Origin: Candidatus Zipacnadia bacterium
GTDB taxonomy: Bacteria > Armatimonadota > Zipacnadia > Zipacnadales > Zipacnadaceae
Assembly: GCA_029820565.1 (NCBI GenBank)
Contig: JALGUR010000001.1
Span: 17,218 to 81,217 of the forward strand
DNA length: 64,000 nt
Direction: 5' to 3'
Of this stretch, positions 20,153 through 29,106 are shown piece by piece. The position numbers were made by a program, and so were the translations under genes. Position 1 is the stretch's first letter; each line of letters starts with the position of its first letter. The notes beneath the pieces were generated by a model. The model saw only the letters and a program-made list of their open reading frames with translations, ran no database searches and had not been told where the DNA came from.

Positions 20153-21916
20153 ATGACAAATGCACAGATAGCGCAAATATTGGAGGAGATTGCTGACTTC
20201 CTTGAGATTGAGGGCGAAAATACCTTTCGTGTGCGCAGTTATCGTCGGGCGGCTGAGACTGTAGCAGGCCTGGCCGATGAAGTAGCCGATATATTCACCG
20301 AGGAGGGCACACAGGGCCTGCAAAACCTGTCTGGCATTGGCAAAGGTATTGCTCAGAAACTGGCTGAGTTGCTGGAGACAGGCGAGATGACCTATCACCG
20401 CGAACTAATTGAGAAATATCCGCCCGGGATGTTGGAGATGCTAAGGATACCCGGTCTGGGACCACGCACTGCTGCCCTAATCTACCATGAATTGGAAATA
20501 TCCTCGGTGGACGAATTGGAAGAAGCAGCCGAGGCCCACAGGCTCCGAGACCTACCTGGGCTGGGTGCGAAGAGTGAAGAGAAAATCCTGCATAATATAC
20601 AAGTCTACCGCCAAGGTACGCGGCGAGCCCTGTTAGGGGATATTCTGCCGATCGCTGAGCGACTCATAGCGATGTTGCGAAGCAATCCGGCGGTACTTAA
20701 GGCTGAGATGGCTGGCAGCGCCCGTAGACGTAAGGCGACGGTCGGCGACTTGGACCTGCTGGCCACCTGCGAGGAGCCTGCTGTAGTCTGCGATGCCTTC
20801 GCCCAAAGCGAAGAATTGGCTGAGGTAACTATGGCGGGAGAAACCAAAGTCAGTGGACGATTGCCCGGAGGCCGGCAGGTGGACTTACGGGTCGTAGAGC
20901 CCGGCAGTTACGGTGCCGCATTGCAATACTTTACCGGCTCGGCTGACCATAATGTGGCCCTGCGGGAGCGGGCCCAAAAGATGGACCTGACTATCAACGA
21001 GTATGGCGTATTCAAGCAGAGCAAAGGAGAAAAGGAAGAGAGAATAGCCGGCGAAACCGAAGAAGGGGTATATGAGGCGGTCGGACTGGCCTGGATACCC
21101 CCGGAACTGCGGGAGGCCCGGGGAGAGATTGAGGCCGCCGAGAGCGGTCAACTTCCTAATCTGATTACATTGGCAGACATCCGCAGTGATCTGCACGTGC
21201 ACACAACAGGCTCCGACGGCCACAACACTCTGGAACAGATGGCCGAGGCTTGCCGGCAACGAGGCTATGAGTACATCGGTATCACTGACCATTCGCCGGT
21301 GTTGAATGTAGCCGGGGGTCTGACCGCAGAAGAGATCAAGCAGCAGCGCCAGCAAATTGATGAATTGAATAAACAGTATGAAGATGAAGGCATCAACTTC
21401 CGCGTTCTGGCAGGCCTGGAGGCCGACATACTCAACGCCGGCCAGGTTGATGTGCCTGAAGAGGTCTTTGATTTGCTGGACTTTGTATTAGGCTCGGTTC
21501 ATCAGGGCTTTTCCCCGGATGCTGACAAGATGACGCAGCGAATTATTGAAGCCCTGGAGTCAGGTAAGGTAGACACTCTGGGCCATCCCACAGGTCGCTT
21601 GTTATTGCAGAGAGAGGCCTACGGTATTCATTTAGACGACGTGATAGAAGCGGCCGGGGAGTTGGCAGTGGCGGTGGAGATAAACGCCTACCCACAACGA
21701 CTGGACTTGGACGACATCCACGCCCGCTTTGCTCAGCACAACGGGACTCTCCTGTCTATCAATACCGACGCTCACGCTGTTTCCCAGTTGGACTTTATGA
21801 GGTATGGTATAGCTACCGCCCGTCGGGGTTGGATTGAGGCCCCGTCGGTCATCAATACTTGGCCCCTGGAGGAATTGCAAAACTGGCTACAACGCCGAAG
21901 GGAAGATTATAGTTGA
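20153..21916 (+). CDS. polX: family X DNA polymerase with C-terminal PHP domain (PolX)
   Basis: HhH N-terminus (IAQILEEIADFLEIEGENTFRVRSYRRAA). Pol-beta nucleotidyltransferase motif GSARRRKATVGDLDLL. PHP motif DLHVHTTGSDGH. Confidence 0.9.
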   Translation: MTNAQIAQILEEIADFLEIEGENTFRVRSYRRAAETVAGLADEVADIFTEEGTQGLQNLSGIGKGIAQKLAELLETGEMTYHRELIEKYPPGMLEMLRIPGLGPRTAALIYHELEISSVDELEEAAEAHRLRDLPGLGAKSEEKILHNIQVYRQGTRRALLGDILPIAERLIAMLRSNPAVLKAEMAGSARRRKATVGDLDLLATCEEPAVVCDAFAQSEELAEVTMAGETKVSGRLPGGRQVDLRVVEPGSYGAALQYFTGSADHNVALRERAQKMDLTINEYGVFKQSKGEKEERIAGETEEGVYEAVGLAWIPPELREARGEIEAAESGQLPNLITLADIRSDLHVHTTGSDGHNTLEQMAEACRQRGYEYIGITDHSPVLNVAGGLTAEEIKQQRQQIDELNKQYEDEGINFRVLAGLEADILNAGQVDVPEEVFDLLDFVLGSVHQGFSPDADKMTQRIIEALESGKVDTLGHPTGRLLLQREAYGIHLDDVIEAAGELAVAVEINAYPQRLDLDDIHARFAQHNGTLLSINTDAHAVSQLDFMRYGIATARRGWIEAPSVINTWPLEELQNWLQRRREDYS

Positions 21917-23829
21917 AACCCATTATCGCAGCCTTTGAAAGCGTATTCGGTCGGCTTTGCCTTATCATTCTGGGTGGCCTAGTAGGTGGGCTGATGGCCG
22001 TGAGTGCGGCTGAGCCGGTGGCTCTGACCAATCCTGGCTTTGAGGAGGGTCTAACCGGCTGGATTCAGGCCAGTTCGGGAGAAATATTAGTAGATAAGGA
22101 AGTGAAACACGGTGGCGAGGCCGGTTTGCAATTATCTGGCCAGGACAATCAGAATCCGTGGGTGGCCCAGGGCATTGCCCCGGTACAACCTCTGGCCCAA
22201 TATCAGTTGGCGGCCTATGCTCGGGGAGCCCAGGAGCAGCCATCGGCGATGGCCGCGGTGAAGATTGAGTTCTATGATGCCCATAACGAGAACATTAGCG
22301 GTTATTACGGCACACTGGCCACAGCGCCCGACGGCACTTGGCAGCAGGTGCAGGTCAGCGCGCCGGCCGACGAGACTGCGGCAAAGGCCGCAATCATAGT
22401 GCGACTCTTAGGTCCGGGCAGGGCATGGCTTGATGATGTGGAATTCAGTACGGTTCAGCCTCCCCCGCCGGTCGTAGTCAAGCCGCAACACCTCACTGTC
22501 CCCGCCGCACAGCAATCTAAACTTGCCTTAGAACTGAAATTGACGCGGGCCACCAAAGAGGTGCCTGCCTTTCACTTCCACATCCACGGCCCGCTGCTGG
22601 AGCCCGAGACGATACCAGTGGCAGCTAACCTGGAGCGGGCCAATGACCAGCAATTTGAAGCGATACTAAATGTGCCTGAGTTATCAGCCGGAGTATATGA
22701 GTTGGTAGTTGCCGACGAGAATAAACACCGGCAGGGAAGCACCCACCTGGTCGCTTTGCCGATTGACTCGCGGTCTCCTAATCTCTCGGCTGAAGGTCAG
22801 TTGATGGTAGACGGCCAGCCCTTCTTCCCCATCGGCCTCTACCACGTCAATATGGAGGACTGCTCGCAAGTAGCTGCGGTGGGGTTCAATTGTATAGAGG
22901 GGCCGGCCACTGATGATGCAGAAGAACTCAAGGCGGCCCTTGATGCGGCGGCCGAAGCCGGACTGAAAGTAGTGGTGCCATTGTTCGCTGACGGCACCAA
23001 GGGGCTGGAAGACCGGCAACTCTCACCGCAGTGGTTTCAAGAATGTGAGCGCCATCCGGCGGTGCTAATGCTAAAGATGGTAGACGAGCCCGACCTGCGG
23101 CCCGATCTCTATGCTCCAATTGCCAAGATGCTTTTGCGCCTACGGGCGAGCCCCATCACTAAACCTCTGCAGATTACCGTCGCCCATCCCGCTCAGTATG
23201 AGCGGTGGGCACCCTTGTGCGATGTCCTGGAGGTAGACCCCTATCCTCTACCTAATAAGCCCTTGTCATTGGTAAGTGATTTCGTAAGCCGAGGCCGCAG
23301 CGCTGTTGCGCCCGACCAGGGACTAATGGCCCTGCTCCAAGCCGGGTGGAGCGTCGACCTGTCTACTCAGCCCACTGTTCAGCAGGCCCGGACGATGATG
23401 TATCTGGCGTTAATGGACGGCGCACAAGGCATATTCTGGTATTGCCTGCGCGACCCGGGCTGGGACCTGACCACGACACCACTATGGGAGCACTTCCCCA
23501 CAATCAACGAAGAGTTGGCCACACTGGGGCAAGTGGCTGTGCAAGGCGCGGAAGTAGCGGATATTAAATGCACCGAGAAGAATGTGATCGTTAAGGGTTT
23601 CCGCGACCAGGACAGGCTGTACATATTGATGATAAACGACAGCGATGAGGCAGTGGCGGGGCGGCTGCGCGTGCCGGTGCGGATTACCAAAACTATTTGG
23701 CTCCGCACCCAAGAAGAACTCCACAGCCGTTCCCGAACCATAGACTTCACACTGCCGCCTGGTGGAGCCGAAACCGCAGTGGCCACAATATCTCAGGATA
23801 CCGGCGATGTAGCGGCGGGCGAAGGATAG
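21913..23829 (+). CDS. secreted CBM4/9-like + uncharacterised TIM-barrel hydrolase-like protein (paralog of 15178..18291 C-terminus)
   Basis: Signal peptide, then a CBM-like NPGFEEGLTGW...WLDDVEF segment. VDGQPFFP (nt 22807-22830, near-identical DNA to 17288-17310), MVDEP and VDPYP motifs. Confidence 0.6.
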   Translation: MKPIIAAFESVFGRLCLIILGGLVGGLMAVSAAEPVALTNPGFEEGLTGWIQASSGEILVDKEVKHGGEAGLQLSGQDNQNPWVAQGIAPVQPLAQYQLAAYARGAQEQPSAMAAVKIEFYDAHNENISGYYGTLATAPDGTWQQVQVSAPADETAAKAAIIVRLLGPGRAWLDDVEFSTVQPPPPVVVKPQHLTVPAAQQSKLALELKLTRATKEVPAFHFHIHGPLLEPETIPVAANLERANDQQFEAILNVPELSAGVYELVVADENKHRQGSTHLVALPIDSRSPNLSAEGQLMVDGQPFFPIGLYHVNMEDCSQVAAVGFNCIEGPATDDAEELKAALDAAAEAGLKVVVPLFADGTKGLEDRQLSPQWFQECERHPAVLMLKMVDEPDLRPDLYAPIAKMLLRLRASPITKPLQITVAHPAQYERWAPLCDVLEVDPYPLPNKPLSLVSDFVSRGRSAVAPDQGLMALLQAGWSVDLSTQPTVQQARTMMYLALMDGAQGIFWYCLRDPGWDLTTTPLWEHFPTINEELATLGQVAVQGAEVADIKCTEKNVIVKGFRDQDRLYILMINDSDEAVAGRLRVPVRITKTIWLRTQEELHSRSRTIDFTLPPGGAETAVATISQDTGDVAAGEG

Positions 23830-23840
23830 GAGGATTAGGG

Positions 23841-25019
23841 ATGCCGGAAGATGAGCAGGGCGACGAGGAAATTCTGGATATCTCAGCAGAGGATCTGGAA
23901 GAGCCGCTGCCGGTGGTGGAGCCTGGTGACGATGAGATATTGGTCATTGAACCAGAGGATTTGGAAGATGTCCCGGAGTGGCCTCAGGCGGCCGTTTCTG
24001 GCCCAGATTATGCGCCCGTCGAGCAAGCGGCGCTGCCGATGGCTAAAAAGGGCCTGCTGACCGGTGGACTTATTGGCTCGGTGGTCCTGCAGATGGCTAT
24101 CGCCGGCGCCATCGGCGGCTTCTTGGCCTGGCTCATCCAGGAACCGTTTATCACCGACCGTTCCACCAACGAGGGGATGGTGGCAATTCTCGCAGCGATG
24201 GCCGGGTTCGGTGCCATACTGGGTGGGCTAATCGGCCTGGCCTTGGGTAGTGTGGAGGGAATTGTCTCTTCGGTGTGGGAGAAGGCTTATAAGGGCGGGC
24301 TGCTGGGCCTGGCTATTGGCGGTGTGGGTGGCGCCTTCGGCGGAGCGCTGGGCCAGTTAGTATACGGTCTGATGGGCGGCGGTGACCCACGCCGCAATCT
24401 CATACTGCAGATCGGCATTCGTGCCTTTGCGTGGGCAGTGGTGGGACTATTTGTCGGCCTGGGTCAGGGCGTGATGATGCGCGCCTCCCGCAAGATCGTA
24501 AATGGGTTAATCGGCGGCGCTATCGGGGGACTCGTAGGGGGATTTCTGTTCGACCCGCTATCTATGGTGGCAGTGGGCCTCGCCCAAATTGCCGGAGCTG
24601 CCATCGGCGGCGAGTTAAGCCGCATGGTAGGAATGACCGTGATGGGCGCTTGCGCGGGGCTGGCTATCGGGCTGGTGGAGGAAATCCGTAAGGAGGCATG
24701 GCTGACCATTATTGCAGGACCTCTGACCGGCAAGCAGTTCATTATCTACCGCTCGCCGACTGTCATCGGCTCCAGTCCTAAGGCTGATATTTGTCTGGCC
24801 AAAGATACTGCGGTAGCCCCCGAGCACGCCAGCGTGGCGATAGAGGGCAACCGTTACATTCTATCCCATCTGGGTGGGCCGGCCACTATGGTGAACCGTC
24901 GTCCTATCACTCGCCAAGTGTTGCGAGACGGCGACAATATCCAGGTGGGGGCAACGGTGCTTCAATACTCCACACGCACCGCCCCTCCCCTTTCTGAGCC
25001 TCACGGTCAACCGTACTGA
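23841..25019 (+). CDS. membrane protein with glycine-zipper TM region and C-terminal FHA-like domain
   Basis: ORF 23697.. trimmed to ATG 23841 (GGAGGA SD, removes overlap with the upstream gene). Acidic N-terminus and GxxxG-rich helices. C-terminal FHA-like sequence GKQFIIYRSPTVIGSS...PEHASVAIEGNRYILSHLGG. Confidence 0.65.
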   Translation: MPEDEQGDEEILDISAEDLEEPLPVVEPGDDEILVIEPEDLEDVPEWPQAAVSGPDYAPVEQAALPMAKKGLLTGGLIGSVVLQMAIAGAIGGFLAWLIQEPFITDRSTNEGMVAILAAMAGFGAILGGLIGLALGSVEGIVSSVWEKAYKGGLLGLAIGGVGGAFGGALGQLVYGLMGGGDPRRNLILQIGIRAFAWAVVGLFVGLGQGVMMRASRKIVNGLIGGAIGGLVGGFLFDPLSMVAVGLAQIAGAAIGGELSRMVGMTVMGACAGLAIGLVEEIRKEAWLTIIAGPLTGKQFIIYRSPTVIGSSPKADICLAKDTAVAPEHASVAIEGNRYILSHLGGPATMVNRRPITRQVLRDGDNIQVGATVLQYSTRTAPPLSEPHGQPY

Positions 25020-25109
25020 GGCTGCCGACTGGATGCAAGAAAGCTAATAAGAAGGACATTGTTGCCCGGGAACAAGGCAACAGGGATACCATTCCAACGG
25101 CGTAGCGGC

Positions 25110-26129
25110 CTATCGCAGTAGGCTTTCCAGGTCAATGAACTGGTCGGGGGGGTAGTGTTGCGGTGAGGGGCGGCGGATAACCACCGCCGCCAGCACTGGG
25201 CTGACGTGGGCGGCCAGTAGCGCTATCAGATTGAGATTGCTCTCGGTAAAGGGTGGGGTGGGCTTATCAAAGACGGCGATAACTCCCACGACCATATGGT
25301 CGGCCACCAGCGGATGGGCCAGCACTGAGCGAATGCCCGCGTACACCAGGTTGTCTTCCGAGAATTGGGAGTCGGCTAACAGGTCATTGACAACCTCAGA
25401 GGTAGCCGAGGAGGCCACCTCTCCCAGGATGCCCTCTCCTATCGCCAGCGGCCTGGCAGTCAGCTCTTCGGCGGTTATGCCGGTGGTAACAATGGGGTAC
25501 AAGCGGCCCAGACTTGCGTCTACCACTAAGATTGCGCCACTGTCGACCCCGGTCAGTTTTATGCCGGCTTGTAGTATGTGTCGCGCAGTTTCTTGAGGAT
25601 CGTGGGCTTGGGAGAGGCGTTGGCCTAATTTAATAAAGACGTCCATCTCTTCGGTAGCGATACGCATCTTGTCTTCCAGCCGGACCTTGCTCTGCTGAAG
25701 CTGCTGATTGAGCCTGTTTAGCCTGGTAACCAGTTGCTCATTCTCTTTTATGAGTTGACGATGTTCCAGTCCCCGGGCCAGGATGTTAGTTAAGTCAGCC
25801 GTCCCAAAAGGTTTACGCAAGTAGTCATAAGCGCCACGACGGACCGCCTCAATGGCCGAGTCCAGACAGGCGAAGCCGGTTATGATGACCACTACTGCTT
25901 CTGGATCGGCCTGGCGAATTGCCGAAACTACGTCCAGACCGTCGACATCAGGCAATACCAGGTCCACTACTGCGGCGGGGAAAGGCTGCCGACGGACCTC
26001 CTGTAGAGCTTCGGCGCCGGTATTGGCGCAGACAGTTGCATAGCCCTCCTGGGTCAGCACCTCCTGGCAGACCTCAATAATCTTGGGGTCATCATCTACC
26101 AATAGTACTCGCTGTCCATCCGCCGGCAT
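25110..26129 (-). CDS. response regulator, REC + coiled coil + GAF domain
   Basis: ATG 26129 after a GGAGAG SD. REC motifs VLLVDDD and VVDLVLPDVDG. C-terminal GAF-like region. Confidence 0.8.
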   Translation of the reverse strand: MPADGQRVLLVDDDPKIIEVCQEVLTQEGYATVCANTGAEALQEVRRQPFPAAVVDLVLPDVDGLDVVSAIRQADPEAVVVIITGFACLDSAIEAVRRGAYDYLRKPFGTADLTNILARGLEHRQLIKENEQLVTRLNRLNQQLQQSKVRLEDKMRIATEEMDVFIKLGQRLSQAHDPQETARHILQAGIKLTGVDSGAILVVDASLGRLYPIVTTGITAEELTARPLAIGEGILGEVASSATSEVVNDLLADSQFSEDNLVYAGIRSVLAHPLVADHMVVGVIAVFDKPTPPFTESNLNLIALLAAHVSPVLAAVVIRRPSPQHYPPDQFIDLESLLR

Positions 26130-26171
26130 AACTTCTCTCCTGCTACGAGCAGACAGTCTCCGCACCAACCA

Positions 26172-26465
26172 TTATCTGTAGGAACTTGGCGCGACGTGAA
26201 AGTCACTAAACTGACCAGTGGGGAGCCGCCAATCAACCCGAACGCTCCTGACCCAGGCCGCAGGTGGCCCCTCGCGCAGGTCGGCTAATAGTTCAGAAAG
26301 AGCATCGGCTGAGCCTTCGGCCACGATTTCCACATCACCGCCCGCCAAGTTACGCACCCAGCCGGTCAATCGGCGTTGGGTGGCCCGTCGTATAACAAAG
26401 AAGCGGAAGCCAACTCCCTGGACTCGTCCAGTTATTGTGGCATGTAGTTGTCTGTCGCACGACAT
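26172..26465 (-). CDS. acyP: acylphosphatase
   Basis: 97 aa. Signature TGRVQGVGFRFF plus GWVRN. Confidence 0.85.
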   Translation of the reverse strand: MSCDRQLHATITGRVQGVGFRFFVIRRATQRRLTGWVRNLAGGDVEIVAEGSADALSELLADLREGPPAAWVRSVRVDWRLPTGQFSDFHVAPSSYR

Positions 26466-26511
26466 AAGTACTAATGGAATTAGGGTCCTGTGCAGATCCG
26501 CCAGGCCGCGA

Positions 26512-27633
26512 CTATATCTTCTTGACCAGAATGGCCCATTCTACTGCCCGCAGTACGTAAGACAGTATCAGCAGGCCCAAGATAATGACGAAGAACACGC
26601 GGATTGTAGGAGTATCCAGATACTCAAACCATGTTCTCGGATCAATCTCATTGCTAAAGGTCAAGCGACTGGCCAGTGTGGCGCTGGCAGCGACAAACCC
26701 CCGGTATAAGGTCATTAACGGAGGATACAAAACGATAAGGGCCACAATGGTGCTGATGATAGCGATGGGGTTGATGACCCGGTACTTGGCCCGCTGGTGC
26801 TCGTTGTAGATGGCGCATTTACTACAAGGGATAGTACGTTTCTGTTGTGGCCTGACAGTATCGGCCTCCAAATCTGACCGAATATATGCTTCCTGAACGC
26901 GCCGCGTCCCAGCATCACGGGCGCCACCAGCCCCGGCGCCACTGCGAACCACTGCTTCTACCAAGTTGGGGTCACAGTTGCAGCCGCTGCCATAGCGCCA
27001 GCAGGTCCGATGGGCTTTGTAGGCAGGGCATAAGTCTCTAATGGCTGTGTGACAAAAGGGCATCTGCCAGCACGGCGTCCAGGGCCATATTGTTTCAGTC
27101 TTCTTCGCCTGAGGTGCAGCCGTCTCCACCTCTTCCTTCTGGATACGGCGACGACGCTCACTGCCCCGCGTCAATTGCAAGTATATCTCGTACAACAGCC
27201 GCAGACTAACAATGAAGATAATAGCCTTGCCCGTCGCGGTTGCCCATAAGTGGATCTCCCCGGCCACCTCACTCGTGGGGTCACGCAGATTATTAGCAAT
27301 TAGGAAGGGGGTACCCCACAACATTGCTAACCCGACAATGCCGGCTGCAACAGCGAAGACTATTTCTGCAAAAGTGATGATAATCAGACAGAGGGCTGAG
27401 AGGCTGCCACTAATGATCAACACTTGGCCCATCAGGCGAATGTTAGCGACGACGCGTTCAGAAGCGGGTTGGCTAAGATAGCCTCCAAAGATGCCATACA
27501 ACAGATAACCGATGGCCAACAGCATCGCCAGAAGCGAGAATTTCAAAATGGTGCTGGCATATCCGGGCACCACCTGGGCCCATTGAATAGGTTCAGTGCG
27601 TCGGCCAGATGGTGGTCGGCTGCGTCGGGCCAT
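26512..27633 (-). CDS. polytopic membrane protein with central 8-Cys cytoplasmic module (unknown family)
   Basis: 373 aa with a GAAGAGG SD. About 4 TM helices, then CWQMPFC-x7-C-x8-C-x6-CNC ... CSKC, then 2 more TM helices. Follows the two pilT genes on the same strand. Confidence 0.6.
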   Translation of the reverse strand: MARRSRPPSGRRTEPIQWAQVVPGYASTILKFSLLAMLLAIGYLLYGIFGGYLSQPASERVVANIRLMGQVLIISGSLSALCLIIITFAEIVFAVAAGIVGLAMLWGTPFLIANNLRDPTSEVAGEIHLWATATGKAIIFIVSLRLLYEIYLQLTRGSERRRRIQKEEVETAAPQAKKTETIWPWTPCWQMPFCHTAIRDLCPAYKAHRTCWRYGSGCNCDPNLVEAVVRSGAGAGGARDAGTRRVQEAYIRSDLEADTVRPQQKRTIPCSKCAIYNEHQRAKYRVINPIAIISTIVALIVLYPPLMTLYRGFVAASATLASRLTFSNEIDPRTWFEYLDTPTIRVFFVIILGLLILSYVLRAVEWAILVKKI

Positions 27634-27738
27634 TTGCCTTGACCTCTTCCATCCCTACTTTGAATCGCCAGAATCGCCGAATCTCGGGCAACGAGGAAAC
27701 AGCATGTGCCACTAAGCGACTGTCAACGAAGGGCAAAC

Positions 27739-28965
27739 TCAAGCTTTCGTCCCGGCCGACAGTACCTCCTCACGCCGATACCTATCGGGTATCAGGTTAT
27801 CATCTACAAAATTGAGGAAGTCGGTCTTTTCGTTAGACCGGTTATAACCTTCTTCAAAGGCAATCTTACCTTCGCCTACCAGCCTAGCCATATGGTGTTC
27901 CAGCAACTGCATACCCAAGACCCCTCCGGCTTGAATATAAGACCTCATTAGAGAGGTTTTGCGTTCTCTGATTAGGCTACCAATGGCGGGCGAGCCGCCT
28001 GGCTCACCAATCATTATCTCGTAGGCGGCAACTCGGCCATCGGTATCAATGCGGGGCATTAGTTCTTCGGAGAATACTGCCGCCAGTGAAGTAGAGGTCA
28101 TCGCCCGAATTTCTGCTTGCTCCTCAGAAGGAAACGCGGTAACCAGCCTATCTACTGTCTTGGGGGCACTAACAGTATGTAGGGTGGACAAGACCAAGTG
28201 GCCCGTTTCTGCCGATTGCAGACAGGCGCGCATCGTCTCCAAATCTCGCATCTCGCCCACTAACATTACATCAGGGTCCGACCGCATATTGTGAGTTACT
28301 GCATCAGCGAAACCGGATACGTCGATGCCTACTTCTCGCTGGTTGATTATGCTCCTTTTGCCTTCATGATAGTATTCTATAGGGTCTTCAATAGTGATTA
28401 TGTGGCAGTCCCGCTCGCTATTAATATAGTCAATCATCGAGGCAATTGTGGTGGTTTTGCCACAACCGGTGGGTCCGGTCAGCAATATCAGGCCACGGGG
28501 TTTGTGCAGCAGTTCTTCAACCTGGTCCCTGGGCAGGCCCAATTGCTCAAAGGTAAGTATCCCGTAAGGGATAAGCCGCAGGGCGATAGTCGGATGTTGC
28601 CGCTGGCGGAAAATACTCACCCGGAAGCGCGCCTTCGTGCCGAACTCGTAGCCTATATCGGCTCCGCCCCGTTCGTGGTAAGTTCCCCAGTAAGGGTTAT
28701 CGGCGCTGTCCTCCCCAAGATAATATTTCACCGCTTCTATCATATCTTCGTGGGTTAGCGTGCGGTAGCCCTCCAGTTCCACAAAGTGCCCATGGCGGCG
28801 ATAGATAGGCGGCTCACCCACTGTCAAATGCAGGTCCGAGGCATCTATCTTCACACAACCATCCAGAAAGGCTTCCATAACCTCCCTGTCCAGAGTTTGC
28901 CCGACTTTGTTGGCGACCTCGCTGGGTGCCTTGACGGTTCTTCGCTTTGATTCAGCCATTGTCAT
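27739..28965 (-). CDS. PilT/PilU-family type IV pilus retraction ATPase (paralog 2)
   Basis: Walker A GPTGCGKTTT. PilT-type N-terminal DASDLHL and Asp/His boxes. 408 aa with a C-terminal extension. Confidence 0.85.
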   Translation of the reverse strand: MTMAESKRRTVKAPSEVANKVGQTLDREVMEAFLDGCVKIDASDLHLTVGEPPIYRRHGHFVELEGYRTLTHEDMIEAVKYYLGEDSADNPYWGTYHERGGADIGYEFGTKARFRVSIFRQRQHPTIALRLIPYGILTFEQLGLPRDQVEELLHKPRGLILLTGPTGCGKTTTIASMIDYINSERDCHIITIEDPIEYYHEGKRSIINQREVGIDVSGFADAVTHNMRSDPDVMLVGEMRDLETMRACLQSAETGHLVLSTLHTVSAPKTVDRLVTAFPSEEQAEIRAMTSTSLAAVFSEELMPRIDTDGRVAAYEIMIGEPGGSPAIGSLIRERKTSLMRSYIQAGGVLGMQLLEHHMARLVGEGKIAFEEGYNRSNEKTDFLNFVDDNLIPDRYRREEVLSAGTKA

Positions 28966-29106
28966 TACCCCTCTTCAACTTAGTTACAAGGCGAATTGAT
29001 GTTACCTATTCAAAGGTTTCGTCGTCAGCGCCGTTATCCCTTCTTGGTTTATAGCATTCACCATTTCTGTGTTCCCTATCCCCAACTACTGCTTACTTAG
29101 CCTCTC

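Noticed and set aside
23697-23840. N-terminal 48-aa extension of the FHA-like protein ORF overlapping the preceding gene by 133 nt
   Set aside because: An internal ATG at 23841 has a GGAGGA SD and removes the overlap. The extension is Arg/Pro-rich out-of-frame read-through of the upstream gene.
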